DNA of 64,000 nucleotides from the human T2T-CHM13v2.0 reference genome, Homo sapiens, in NCBI RefSeq assembly GCF_009914755.1, contig NC_060925.1; one strand, given 5' to 3'. Each line of letters begins with the position of its first letter. Within the stretch, counting starts at the first letter, position 1. The notes beneath the pieces were generated by a model. It was not told the origin of the DNA. It saw only the letters and a program-made list of their open reading frames with translations, and ran no database searches. Below, one piece after another: positions 30,269-45,355 of this stretch. The translations under genes and the position numbers were made by a program.

Positions 30269-30558
30269 TTTTTTTTTTTTTTTTCGAGACAGGGTGTTAC
30301 TCCTGTTGCCCAGGCTGGAGTGTAGTAGTGTGATCACAGCCCACTGCAGCCTCGACCTCTCCAGGCTCACATGATTCTCCCACCTCAACCCCAAGTAGCT
30401 GAGACTGCTGGTGTGCGCCACCACACTTGGCTAATTTTTACAAGGACAGGGTTTCGCCATGTTGCCCAGGCTGGTCTCAAAGTCCTGGACTCAAGCAATC
30501 CACCCATCTTGGCCTCCCAAAGTGTTGGGGATACAGGAATGAGCCACCGCGCCCAGCG
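30269..30558 (-). mobile_element. AluJo-like
   Basis: gcagcctcgacctc, ctcaagcaatcc diagnostics; shortened linker; TSD tctgatgt. Confidence 0.92.
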
Positions 30559-32544
30559 TATCTGATGTTTTTAATCTCTTTACAAGCATGGGTTCCAAGT
30601 GGCTATCAGTCCTGTGGTCTCTAAACTTTGATTAAGCATGCTAGTAGTAAAATATTTCTTGGCATACTCCTGTAATGCCTGTAAATTGATTTATACTTAC
30701 AAATAATACACATATATGGTATAGTAATATATGTATTACAAGGATAGGAAATAGCTCAGAAGGATGTGGCAAAACTAAATATAGTGTTTTTAATATTTTC
30801 TCCACATCTCAAGGGACCTCTTGTTTACTCATTTTGGATACTGATGATCCAGACTCCCCACTCCTTCTCTCAGAAACAGGGAATTTACACTTTCTAGAGT
30901 TAGCCCATTTCAAGTGTTGTGTTAGTTTGTATAGTAGAGTGATTGGAATGAGTAGCCACAAGCATTTGATGGAGCAAAACTCTCATATTCTGGGAGAGTT
31001 TTTAAAACTTAATTTCCTTTCAAACAGATCCTTGAGTTCTGGGTATTTGAAATGTTTGGTTTGTGACTTTCAGCCACCTCCTTTGTGGAGAGGAAGAATA
31101 AGAGCTATTAAAATAACAGTTTCTTAATTTCTTGGCACTCTGGGACATATGAAATCAGTAGATTTGACATTATGTTGTCTGGTCAATTTCTCTAAATGTT
31201 TCTGCAGCTGTCATAAGCAATGGCTCATAAAACCTCATTCTGTCATTTTGCCAGATCTTATAGCAATGGGTACAGAGAGAACTTTTTTTTCTTTAGCAAT
31301 TCCTTTCCAACAGTAAACCTGTAACTATGCCTCCACAGTAAAGAAGGATGGATATGAAGAATCCCATCACCCTTTGGAAGTTTGCGTGCTTTCCAAGCTT
31401 TTTTTGTTATTGTTGGGCACACTTTATATTCATGCTTTCAGCTTCCTTTCGTTTTCCTTTATCCCTGAGTAGGGAAGAAGGACATTTTGTCTAATTGAGA
31501 TTTGTCATTTTTAATTGTTAGCAGTAAGGAGCAAAAGAGTGCTGCAGTGGGATTTTTGATGAAAAATGAGAAACTTGAGGGAAAGCACCTCAGTAGTTGT
31601 ACTTTGCTCCTTCGATGTTTTCCATGACCGTTTGTTCATCCTTCTTTACCATCTTTGTCCATCAGCCCAGGGGAGCAGTGGAACCAAGCTGGGTGAGAAG
31701 GCAGGAGGGGCTAGCCTCCATTTTCTCTTCCCTAGTTCTTCCCCCTCACACCAGCATATCCTACCTTTGTAGCCCTTTAGGAAGAGACAGTGTACCCAGA
31801 CCATATTTCATCAAATCCCCCATCAAGACAAAGTCTGTCTGCCACTTGCTTTCCTTCTTTTCTGCCATTTGTTGCCAGTCCATCATGTGGATATACTGTC
31901 TAATGTTGTAGGTTTGACCATTGGTTATTGAAGCTTGGATATACATTTGTGTAGAAAATCACTGGCACTCAAAACATTTGTACACATGCAGAAGAAAAAT
32001 CTCTTAGAGACCCCACTGTGTCTCCCCTTACCATCTAATACCTTGTCCTAAATACTTAAACACAGAAAAATAGTGTAACTTTATACCCAGGTACTTAAAG
32101 AAGGACCTCTTGATTTTAGTTGTTACCTAGTGACTTTTCACTGCGGTCTCTTGAAGTAGCCAAGATTGCGTTTCATGAGTTCATTTTGGTAACTGATGTA
32201 ATTAAGAGATACTTTGGAGAACAGTGTGGGTTGCTTTTGTCTAATTTAGAGAAAACAGAAGAAAGGACCTAAAAGGAAAACAATCTCAAACCCAACTTGC
32301 CCCTGCATTTCTCCTTTTTTTTTGAAAAGCATGGATGCTTGGTGAAAGTCTTAGGGAAGTGATTCCTTTGAAGTACCTAGGAGAATAATTATATAGCATT
32401 TTCATTTTACATTGTGATCCTGTTAGTCGTTTTGGAGAGGGAAGACTAATGATAGCAGACAATGCTGGCTATTTGCAGGAATGCCTTTCCCTGTATCCTC
32501 TTCCCTGTTGCTTGTTCTCAGTGCTGTTCTGATGACTAGCTCTT

Positions 32545-33027
32545 TTTCCAAACAAATTTTTAATTTTTCCATAGGTTATTGGGGTACAGGTGGTGTTTGG
32601 TTACATGAATAAGTTCTTTAGTGGTGATTTGTCAGATTTTGGTGCACGCGAGCACTATACACCACACCCTATTTGTAATCTTTTGTCCCTTGCCCCCCTC
32701 CCATCCTTCCCATCAAGTCCTCAAAGTCTATTGTATCTTTCTTAGGCTTTTGCATCCTCATAGCTTAGCTCCCACATATCAGTGAGAACATAGGATGTTT
32801 GGTTTTCCATTCCTGAGTTACTTCACTTAGAATAAGAGTCTTCAGTCTCATTCAGGTCACTGCAAATGCCGTTAATTCATTCCTTTTTATGGCTGAATAG
32901 TATTTTTATGGCCATTGTGTATATATATATATATATACAGTAGCACAGTTTTTTTATTCACTCATTGATTGATGGACATTTGGGTTGGTTCCACGATTTT
33001 GCGATTGTGAATTGTGCTGTTATAAAA
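32545..33027 (-). mobile_element. 5'-truncated L1PB (PB1-like) 3' end
   Basis: ttccataggttattggggtacaggtggtgtttggttacatg; perfect 16-bp TSD ctgatgactagctctt (32529-32544, 33028-33043). Confidence 0.9.
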
Positions 33028-33441
33028 CTGATGACTAGCTCTTACCAGTTTTCTCTCTCATGTGTTTGGGGCAATAAGTTGTCTCTTAAATTTATTCAAC
33101 CCTGACATTATATTTTTCTTATCCCTTAAAAGTTGTGTTTTGCTTTTTGTTTGCTTGTGTGTGTTTGTGTGTTTGCATTTTAGTGTACTTATAAAAGCTT
33201 TTGGTTCAGAAAGATTACTCCCAACAAGAATTTTATTATATTTGATATTCTTGACTAGTTATGTATCCTGTTGTTTTCTGCATCTGGAGATAAGATGTTA
33301 ACTGGAAAGATATTTATCACATTGGAATGTTAGTTGCTTTTTTAAATGTGCTTAAGGCCCAAAGCTCAATTAATAAGATAGGATCCTCATATCCCAAAAT
33401 CTTGAGCCAAGGGAGGGAACTAAACCTTTAACAGATGAGCT

Positions 33442-33757
<316 letters not shown>

Positions 33758-33870
33758 TCATTCTTATGTTGTTGTTTAAAGGCAACACTGTGAGATGAAG
33801 GGGATCGTGACATGTAATTCATGTAAGAAATTGTAATAATAGAAGCTTTAATAACATATAAAGAATATTG

Positions 33871-34146
33871 AGTCTGGGCACGGTGGCTCACCTCTGTAAT
33901 CCCAGCAATTTGGGAGGCCGAGGCAGGCGGATCACCTGAGGTCAGAAGTTCGAGACCAGCCTGACCAACATGGAGAAATCCCATCTCTACTAAAAATACA
34001 AAAAAATTAGCTGGGCGTGGTGGTGCATGCCTGTAATCCAGGCAGGAGAATCGCTTGAACCCAGGAGGCAGAGTTTGTGGTGAGCCAAGATCGCACCTTT
34101 GCACTCCAGCCTGGGCAACAAGAGCAAAACTCTGTCTTAAAAAACA
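33871..34146 (+). mobile_element. AluSp with right-arm deletion
   Basis: ctgaccaacatggagaaa; TSD aaagaatattg. Confidence 0.93.
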
Positions 34147-34164
34147 AAAGAATATTGGAAATAA

Positions 34165-34733
<569 letters not shown>

Positions 34734-35082
34734 CTCTAATCTGGTCTTCTGTGAGGACTTGTCCTGTGCAGATATCTATTCCCATTGTTTTAACAAAAAT
34801 AGCTTTCATTGAAATTTTACATATGATTGTTTATGGTATTTAAATTAGTTTGATTATCACAAGTCAGTTCCCTAGAACCTAATCAGCATTTAATGGACTG
34901 ATAAAAATTCTGAATTTGAAGAGCGGTAGATCAGGTGATTTTACTTGAAATAACTAACAAGCATTATTAGATTACACAGAATTCTGCCAAAAAGAAACAT
35001 AAATGTTTTTATTACTGTAGTCGTTTTACAGTGTTACTCATGATCTCATTGAGTAATGATAATGCCATCCATGACAATGTCA

Positions 35083-35403
<321 letters not shown>

Positions 35404-36006
35404 TTAAAAATTGTACTAGCTATTTTTTCCACAGTGCTGTTTAAGTTATCACAGTTTCTAGGCTGTGTCCTTCATCATTGATTATCTACATCCAGATAGC
35501 TGATCACTGATGAAATATACATGTGCAAAACTTGGAGATGTGGACACTAGTTTTAGCTGCAGCTTCTGAAGTGGCAGGATGGGGTGGGGCAGGGTGAGGT
35601 AGTGGGTATAACTGGAGTCTTCAGCGGATCAGCCCCACTTTTGTCACCTCCCTTTCTCTGGAAGCTAAGGATTCCCTCAGCTGCAGCCTTGGGGCTTAGG
35701 ATGATTGATAATAACCCCAGCTCCACTTATTGGTCACTGAGTTGAGTCAGACCTGCTGGGGATCAGAGGTTTTGTTTCTTCCTGTTTTTTTTTTCCATAC
35801 TCAGTAGCTAGTTAAATCTCAACCATTATAGTTTGATGCCAGTGTTTTAAATCCTGTGTTAAACAAGAAACTTACGTTGTTAGACTGTGTGGTAAGGTTT
35901 TAGTTTTTAGTTAGTTTTTTTTTTTTTCAACACAGTCCTTGGCTTTGCTGATTTGGACCTAACAGCTGGCCTTAGGACAACTGTTTGGCAGTACTAATGT
36001 TCTCAG

Positions 36007-36324
<318 letters not shown>

Positions 36325-36452
36325 TGTTCTCAGGTTTTAATACTTTTGAATGTAAACTGCCTTTGAAAGGCTATAACACAGTTCAGTTGGCTTCTAAAAC
36401 AAGTGTTTTAAATGAAATTTAGTAATACTGTTTAAAAAATGAATAACTTTAT

Positions 36453-36689
36453 GGCCAGGCATGGTGGCTCACACCTGTAATCCCAGCACTTTGGGAGGCT
36501 GAGGCAGACGGATCACTTGAGGTCAGGAATTTGAGACCAGCTTGGCCAACGTGGTGAAACCCCATCTCTACTGAAAATGCAAAAATTAGCTGGGCATGGT
36601 GGCACACACCTGTGGTCCCAGCTACAGTGAGGTGAGATTGTGCCACTACACTCCAGCCTGGGCAACAGAGCGAGACTCCGCCTCAAAAA

Positions 36690-36728
<39 letters not shown>

Positions 36729-36730
36729 AT
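36453..36730 (+). mobile_element. AluSz-like with right-arm deletion and (AAAT)11 tail
   Basis: cccagctac|agtgag junction; AAAT x11 at 36687-36730. Confidence 0.93.
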
Positions 36731-37508
36731 CTTTAGAGTGTTTTTAGGTTCACAGAAAAATTAAGTCAAAAGTGCAGAAGTCCCACATATTTCCTTCCTG
36801 GATCACCACACACATAGCCTCTGCAATTGTCAACATTTCCTATCAGAATGGCATAGTTGTTATAATCAATAAAACATTAACATGTCATAATCCCCTAAAG
36901 TCTATAGTTTAGGCTCTCTCTTGGTGTTGTGCATTCTAAGGATTTGGACAAATGTTTCATGATATGTGCTGTTACAGTATCATTCAAAATAGTTTCACTG
37001 CCCTAACAATCCTCTGCTTTGTCTTTCATCCTTCTCTCCTCCCCCACCTCCAGGCAATCACAGACCCTTTTACTGTCTCCTTTCCCAGAATGTCATATAG
37101 TTGGAGTCATATATTATGTAGCCTTTTCAGATTGGCTTCTTTCATCTACTTATATGCATTTAAGTTTCCTCTGTATCTTTTTGTAGCGTGATAGCTCATT
37201 CTTTTTATCACTGGATAATATTCCATTGTATGCATGTACCACAATTTATCCATTCAATTACTGAAGGACATACTGGTTGCTTCCAAGTTTTGTCAATTGT
37301 GAATAAAATTTCTATAAACACATCTGTATACATATTTTTGTGTGGACATACATTTTCAACTCAGTTGAGCAAATTCAAGGGATGGATTACCATACATTTA
37401 TCATACCATTCAGCAATTGTATGCTAAGAGTATGTTTAGAAGAAACTGCCAAACTGTCTTCCAAAGTAGCTGTACCATTTTGCATTCCCACCAGCAATGA
37501 ATGAGAGT
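36731..37508 (-). mobile_element. L1MC 3' end
   Basis: tttaggttcacagaaaaatt, aatagtttcactgcccta, gccaaactgtcttccaaagtagctgtaccattttgcattcccaccagcaatg. Confidence 0.85.
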
Positions 37509-39197
37509 AGTAATGCTTTCGAATACTAAAGAGATTGCAATGTTAAATGTATTTTTGATGATTTCCTTGTGGAGATATCATTATGGCAAAGGACCATGAA
37601 GCATGGTAAAGCAAAGGACCATGAAGGGTCATGGTAAAGGAGGTTACTGGTGATAGGTGTGTGTGTACGCAGGAGTTGAAGGGCAAGGGCTTCCCAATGT
37701 TTTCCCATCTCCAAATTACCACAGCCCACCCAGAAACTGTGTCTTACATTTTAGAATCACTGCTGGAAATGGAGTTATATTGTTAATGTGATTATGCACT
37801 GATGTGCTTTCATTATATTAGTATTGGTGATGAAAGTATCTTTGTCATTTTAGGCATGTAACTAGGCCTGTAAAGATGTCTTAATTGGGGGTTTATTAGG
37901 ATTAGTGTCAACCGTATGGCAACCATATCCCAGTGCTGGGAGTCAAAGTTAGAACTGTGACTTTGGACATTGCTCTTTAAGGTCAGGGTAGTGTCCTGTG
38001 AGGTTCTGCCAGCCTCAGCCTTGATGTGGATAATACCATCATTTGTAATGTTGTGATATGGTGGAGCAGAAGTTCTCTGGCCTCAGAAAACATAGCTTGT
38101 GTGAAGTTAGTGAAATGCTCATGCTTCTGCTGTCTGTGATACTGAATCTTTCAATATTTTTGGCCTTAACTGTGACTTGTTCTGGTGGGAGAACTTGGAA
38201 GAAGTGAAAAAAGATCAATAACTTTTTGAATTGGTGCAAGACAGGTAAAGAAGAGAAGTGTTGGGCTTTCTTTTACATTATTCTGTTACCATCAAAGGTA
38301 GATTCCCTACTATTGCCATATACAAATATTCTTTCATTCCACAGGATTAGAGTTGATGATGGTCTATCTGTCTTTAAAGGTAGATCTCAACTTTAAACTT
38401 TAAAGTTGAGTTTTCTTTTGTAAAGTAAGAGTAAAATGGCAAGCAGATGGAAGCATCTCAAGCAAGGCATCCTTCCATCTGGGTGAATTGTAGCTAATGT
38501 CCAGAAACAGTAAGAATCACACCGGAACGAGTTGCCAGCCAGCTGCCCATATACTACCTGATGTATGCTGGTATGTCCTGAGACTGAAACTTTGGTATAG
38601 GTACTGCTCAGTTAAATGTAGGTCATTCTCACACAGAATCCCATTTGGGCTACCATCTTGTTTCTTTTGAATCATAACATGAAATTTACTATATAAGTAT
38701 GTGTAAAACATTAGGCTATTTATCATTTTTCCTTTTAGAAGTTTTTTAAAAAGGTTTTTGCCAACTTGAAGGTGTAAAAATTTTAATATAGGTGAAATAA
38801 TCAGATGTATATTTAAAATATTTATTCATTTACATGTTTTAAATCACATATATACAGAATTGGGATTGTTTTCCACATTCTTAACATTTTACGGGACAAT
38901 TTTATTCCAGTTTTTTTACATACATCTTTGATATCAGTAGTTATTGAAGTCACTTTTAAATCATCAGCATAATTTCCCATATATTATATTCATTTTCATG
39001 AATAAATTGTGATACAGTGCTTTTTTAAATTTGCGTAAGATTGCTGTCACTGGAAGTCACTGGAAGTTTTATCTCAAGCCATGCATACTGATCTACATAA
39101 CATTAGGATAGTTTTTCTTATTGGTTTATATGTGGGATCTTTACAATATAACTACTCACTCTCCTGCCTCAAAGTATTCTTTAAAAAGCATATTATT

Positions 39198-39490
<293 letters not shown>

Positions 39491-40077
39491 TTATTTACAA
39501 CATCAGCACTTTTAATTTTAAAGCCATACCTACTAAGAATGACTACATAAACCTGGGTTAATTTATTTTTCTCTTAAGAAAAGCAAAAGAAAACGAAACA
39601 AAACACTTTAGATTACATATCCCAAATAAGTTTCTGAAACTTGTATTATCTGAAGTCATATTAAGCTAATTTGATTTCCCCACAGTAAATGGTGGTCTAA
39701 AATGAAGTACTTGGGAAGCTCTGTAAGAACTAGAAAATAAGACAGTTCTCCCTTTTCTGAAAGGACAACTTAGAGGAGAAATTCTTTCATTATATTAGGC
39801 ATATATTGTATTTAGAACTAGACTCTGTCCCTATCTGTACATGTATTCATTTAAATTCTCCGTGGTTTCCTTACGACGCATCCTTTTTTTATTGTGTCAT
39901 TAAGAGAGACAATGCTAGGCATTTTACTCAATGTGAATATTCTTAAAATTCATTTATGAAAACGTCAGGAGAAGCCCTGAAAGAAAATGTAGTTGAGGGT
40001 GTATATTTTATTGGTCCATTGTGTCAAAACCATCCATTCATATTTTATTACTTATTCAGAGGAAGAAATGTAAATTT

Positions 40078-40358
40078 GGCCGGGCATGGTGGCTCACGCC
40101 TGTAATCCCAGCATTTTGGGATCACGAGGTCAGAAGTTCGAGACCAGCCTGGCCAACATGGTGAAACCCCATCTCTACTAAAACTACAAAAATTAGCCGG
40201 GTGTGGTGGTGTGTGCCTGTAATCCCAGCTACTCAGGAGGCTGAGGCATGGGAATTGCTTGAACCTAGGAGGTGGGAGGCTACAGTGAGCTGAGATCACG
40301 CCAGTGCCCTCCAGCCTGGGCAACAGAGTGAGACTCTGTCTCAAAAAAAAAAAAAAAA
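40078..40358 (+). mobile_element. AluSg-like with left-arm deletion
   Basis: ttttggg|atcacgaggtc junction. Confidence 0.93.
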
Positions 40359-40471
40359 GTTTATGAAATCATCCATTTGGGCTCAGTTTTTGCTGTTTGT
40401 ACCTTTCCTAAGGCTTAGTACACCCTGCTCTGTGTTGCTCCTTGACTGGTGGTTTCACTGAATTGTCCCCA

Positions 40472-40794
40472 TTTTTTGTTTGTTTTCTTGTTTGTTTTGT
40501 TTTTTGAGTCAGGATCTTGCTATATCACCCAGGCTGGAGTGCAGTAGTGTGAATATGACTCACTGCAGCCTCGACCTCCCAGGCTCAAGGGATCCTCCCA
40601 CCTTAGCCACCTGAGGAGCTCGGACCACAGGTGCAAGCCACCATGCTTGGCTAATTTTTGTGTTTTTTTTTTCTGTAGAGATGGGGTTTTACCATTGTTG
40701 CCCAGGCTTGTCTTGAACACTTGGGGTCAGGTGATCTGCCTGCCTTGGCCTCCCAAAATGCTAGGATTGCAGGCATAAGCCAGCATTCCCGGCT
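40472..40794 (-). mobile_element. AluJ
   Basis: gcagcctcgacctcccaggctcaag. Confidence 0.92.
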
Positions 40795-42174
40795 GTATAC
40801 TTTTCAAGGGGCGGGGGGAATGCATTTGTCCTTATAGGCTCCGTTACTGTAGGCATTTAGTACTGCTTGAAAATTAAATTAGAAAGTAAGTGCCACTTAA
40901 AAAGTTTATAAATATGCTTTATAAATTCTAAAGGTGTGGAAAATTGGTGATAATTGGTTTAGCCTCATACCATTCTTTTGCTCTTGTTTTCTACCACTTA
41001 GCTCTTTTTCTCCTTCTCATATACCTTTTATTTTTCACACTAATATTGTTCTTTTTCACTTTTCACTGGACATTTAAGAACTTGGAGTGCTTGATCCTTA
41101 GCATACATTTGTGTCCACTTAGGTCTTTTAGGGGAGCCCTTGAAGGGCACTAAGTATAAGCAGACAATAAAAACAGGAATGCCTATATCCATAAATAAAT
41201 AAATATATGTATATACAGGCCTTATTTATGCTAAATTACACAATTATACTATATAGTAGACTTGAAATTATATTTTTGTGGAAAGAAGGAAAGTAAGGAG
41301 ACAAATCTAGTGAAGGCTGCCTTGACTTAACAGTGCAGAATCACTGTGCAGCAATGTGCTTATATGGCCGCGTTGCGATTATAATCCGCCTACATGCATA
41401 AGTCAATGGGGTCTTTGCTCCAAACTTGTGGAAGAATGAATGAGCCAAGTAGTGGTGGGAGTTCAGTTTAGTTCCACTGTTTTGTAAATTGGGCTAATTT
41501 TCAAAGGTATTCAGACATTTACCTTTTCAAGTGATAGAAGCAAGAGCAGAGAATTCATCCTTTCTTGCTACTAAAGAATTTATTCTAAAACATTACATGT
41601 CACTTGTCCCTCGTGGCTAGATGTGGATAGAGATGCTGGATTGTTTGTTTGGAGCATGCAGATTGCACTGTTTCATCTTTTGTAGACACAGAAATCAAGA
41701 GTTATCTTTTTTCTTCCAAAGATGGAAACAACTATTTGAGAACCCTATCATTAGAAAATTGTAAGCCTTTAAAATAGAACCTTACCTTCTATTATTCATT
41801 GCAAATTATTTTAACACAAACTTACCTGCAGCTGGGCATATAGGACTCGACTGAGTACAGAATATTGGCAAAAGCATTGTAGAGGGTCAGAAAATTACTT
41901 AAGTCTGAACTTGATTGGAAATCAGCTGATATTTCATGTCTCTGATGTCCTTCATCTTTGCAAAATCAGTTCCTGTGGCATTTTAGCATTTCTCTAGAAC
42001 ATTACTATGAGAAAGGAAAGTATTGAAAAGATCTAGTAATAGAGATATTTTCAGAAATCTAACAGATAAGATGGTAGAGTCAAGCTCTTTGGAGCTAGAT
42101 GTATACATTAAAGTTCATCTTGTATAAACTCTTTATTTTACACTTAAGAAAATTGAGGTATGGCTGCTCCTTAC

Positions 42175-42350
42175 TCCCTAGTACAATACTTCTCTCACTG
42201 TGTATCTTAATCATTTGTATCTTATCTCATCTGTCATATGGAATTCCTTTAGGGCAGGGACTCACCCTTATTTTATCTATGTATCTTCAGTACTCAGCCT
42301 ATTGCCTGGCACTGAGTAAATTTCAGGGTATGTTTGTAAATTGAATGAAT
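42175..42350 (+). mobile_element. L2 3' end
   Basis: agggcagggac...tgcctggcac...ttgaatgaat. Confidence 0.65.
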
Positions 42351-42887
42351 CATTGACTGAATTAACCAAACAGCAAGTCAGACTCACCTGGGTTCACTCT
42401 CGTTCTTCTATTGGGTTGCTGCTTATTTTACAAGTCAGACAGTTCTCTCCCTATAAAAGGCAACAACAAAAACATACCTCAAAATAAAGAGATAGCTGGG
42501 GATGAGTCCGGGCCCTCAAAATCTTACGTTCTTATGTGTGTATGTATGTGACATGTGAATAAAACATGCAGAAAATAAAGGGGATAATTCCAGGTACTGA
42601 TAATACCATGAAAAAAGTGTCATGAGCATCAGACAGTAATTATCTAAATGTCTTCTTTTTAGTAGAAATCTAACCCCACACACTGGGCCTCAGTCCATCT
42701 ATCTCACAGAAAGGAAATCCTTGCTACTACCATGAAAGCTTATCACATGCTCATGGCTGAAGGAGTTCTTCTGGAAAGCCAGAGCTGCTAAAAGGAACTT
42801 AGGGGATCTGTTCCTAAGTTCCTCTAAGATCCCAATAGAGGACTAGAGGCTTCTTTCCCTCTTGGGGGATGCCATGTTGATTAATGA

Positions 42888-43227
<340 letters not shown>

Positions 43228-43475
43228 AGAAAGGTCTATTTTCTTTGATCTTATTAAAGGCTGCCATATACAAAGGTTTTCTTTTAATGTTGATCTGTTT
43301 TTAAAATATGGAAGAAAGCCTTGAAAGGCATCATCATAAGCTCTACGTCAATATCCAGAAAATATCGTCTTGTTTTAGAATTCTAGCCTGTTTTGTTTGG
43401 TAGATGAGTCAGTCTACTGTAAATAAATATTTATTGAGCACTTGTTTTGTGCCAAGCACAGTGCCCTAGGGATTG

Positions 43476-43709
43476 TAGTGTTTTTCAAATTGTGGGTCAC
43501 AGCTCCCTAATGTCATAAAATCAATTTAGTGAGCTATAACCGGCATATTCAATCAAATGGAATGAAAAATAGAATATCAGATTGCATCATGGATAGTATT
43601 GTATTATTTTATCAAACTTGAGTTTCAATTGTGTATGTATGTGTGCAAGGTTGCAATATAAAGTGTCTTTTTTACTTGTGTCATGGTTAGAAAAGCTTGA
43701 AAAGCACTA
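43476..43709. mobile_element. hAT-Charlie MITE inserted in an antisense L2 (about 43420-44160)
   Basis: Imperfect TIRs tagtgtttttcaaatt / agcttgaaaagcacta; L2 tail tatttattgagcactt...tgtgccaagcac upstream. Confidence 0.6.
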
Positions 43710-44917
43710 TTATAGAGCATACCCAAAAGTATATATTCCTTGCTTTTGAATAAGTTAAACTCTTGTTGGAGCAAGAAACACAAAAGAATAAATACTCAAG
43801 TAGTGAATTACAATAAGTGCTATGTGTTCGGAAAAGTAAGATGATAATACAAGTTGAAAGTGGCATGGATGGATATGGTGGAACTTGAACCAAATCTGGA
43901 AAGATGGATAGGGCTTGGAAGGAGTGAAGACTAGAGAATGGCTTAAAGGTGAGACGTGGCATATGGATAATAGGGATGGCAAGACTGGAACAGAGGTTTC
44001 AGTTTACATTAGAGAACTGTAGGATATAGTTTGGAGATAGAAAATGAAGCACAATTGTCCAGACTTATGGATGCCTTGTGATAACATGCCTGAGGAGTGT
44101 GTATTAGATCAGGTAAGCTGCACAGATTCTTAAGCTGGGGAGTGATAATGATATAGGGTGGGTTTATAGAATACTTTCCATCTTCTTCCTAACTCCTCTT
44201 TAGTCATGGGGAGCTCCTAAGGGAATTTCTTCTAGGTAGGTGTTGGATACCAAGTCTCTGGCATCAGATCAAAGAGAGCCAGAAAGGACTTTGGCTGTTC
44301 TCCAGAATGTAAATAGAAAGGTAGAACAAGTCCCATTGTGGGTGCATGTGAAATACTCCCATGGAGGAGAACTGCAGTGCTGTCTGTTTGAAATACGGCA
44401 AAGAATGGATTGAAGAACATTTCTTCTGATATCACTGTTTAATGTTTGCTCTCAATGTAAAGGGAAAAGCAGATTAAAGGGCCCATGTTTTTGAAGTACT
44501 GGGAACCTGACTGACCTACCTGAAATATGCTATGTAAATAATTTGTCATGTGATCTCCTTACCCTCAAGACACCTTCACTGAATATGCTATATACATAAT
44601 TTATAAAACAGTTTCAAGCGTGATTGCAAAAAGTTTCTCCTCATTGGAAAGGGACATTTGATATTTATCTGCCAAACTCTTTACTACTTTCCAATTAAAG
44701 ATAAATTTAAAGAAGTTTCTGAAATGATAATGTGCTTTACGGGGAAGGTGATTTAACTAGAAAGAAGCTTTTAAAAAAATGACTATTTAATCTATAACAC
44801 TAAATACACCAATAATTTAGATCGACTTCTGATTGAAAGTTATGATTCTTTGTCGTGGCAGATTATCAAATGTTCTAAATTGAGGCTATTCTAGGACATA
44901 CTTTTTAATCTAAGTCA

Positions 44918-45355
44918 TATTAAATAAAGTTTATGGGGGCCCATTGTTTTAGACTAGCCTCTTGGACTAGGCCCCAGCAGACCAGACTAAACTAGAATGG
45001 AGTTGCTCATGCTAGGTACCACATAATTAAACTGAATTCTGAAACAGGCCTGGTTTGTTTAAGTAACAAACCAGAAGATTCACAACAACCAGTCAAAAGG
45101 GGCCCAGTTTACCTGGGCATGATAAGAAGTCTCCTCTGTTTTAACCCTAAAAGGAAAGTAACTTTTGAAACAGTCAATCTGCTTTTTGTTCTGTTTCTGC
45201 TTTTCTCAGAACTTTTTTGTCTATAAAACCAATTCCTCTGCTCAGCTCATTGGAACACTTATTCTATTTTATAGAGTAAGATGTTGCTCAATTCTGGAAT
45301 CACAAATAAAAGCCAATTAAGACCTTTAAATTTGTTGTAATTTTATTTCTTAACA
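44918..45355 (+). mobile_element. ERV1 (MER4-group) solo LTR, sense to LAMC1
   Basis: Termini t[a]ttaa...ttaaca; 4-bp TSD gtca (44914-44917, 45356-45359); TATAAAA 45222-45228; AATAAA 45305-45310. Confidence 0.85.

Noticed and set aside
41330-41420. Small CpG-containing patch with aagtcaatgggg, reminiscent of ancient DNA-transposon relics
   Set aside because: No TIRs or family could be defined by eye; needs a Dfam search
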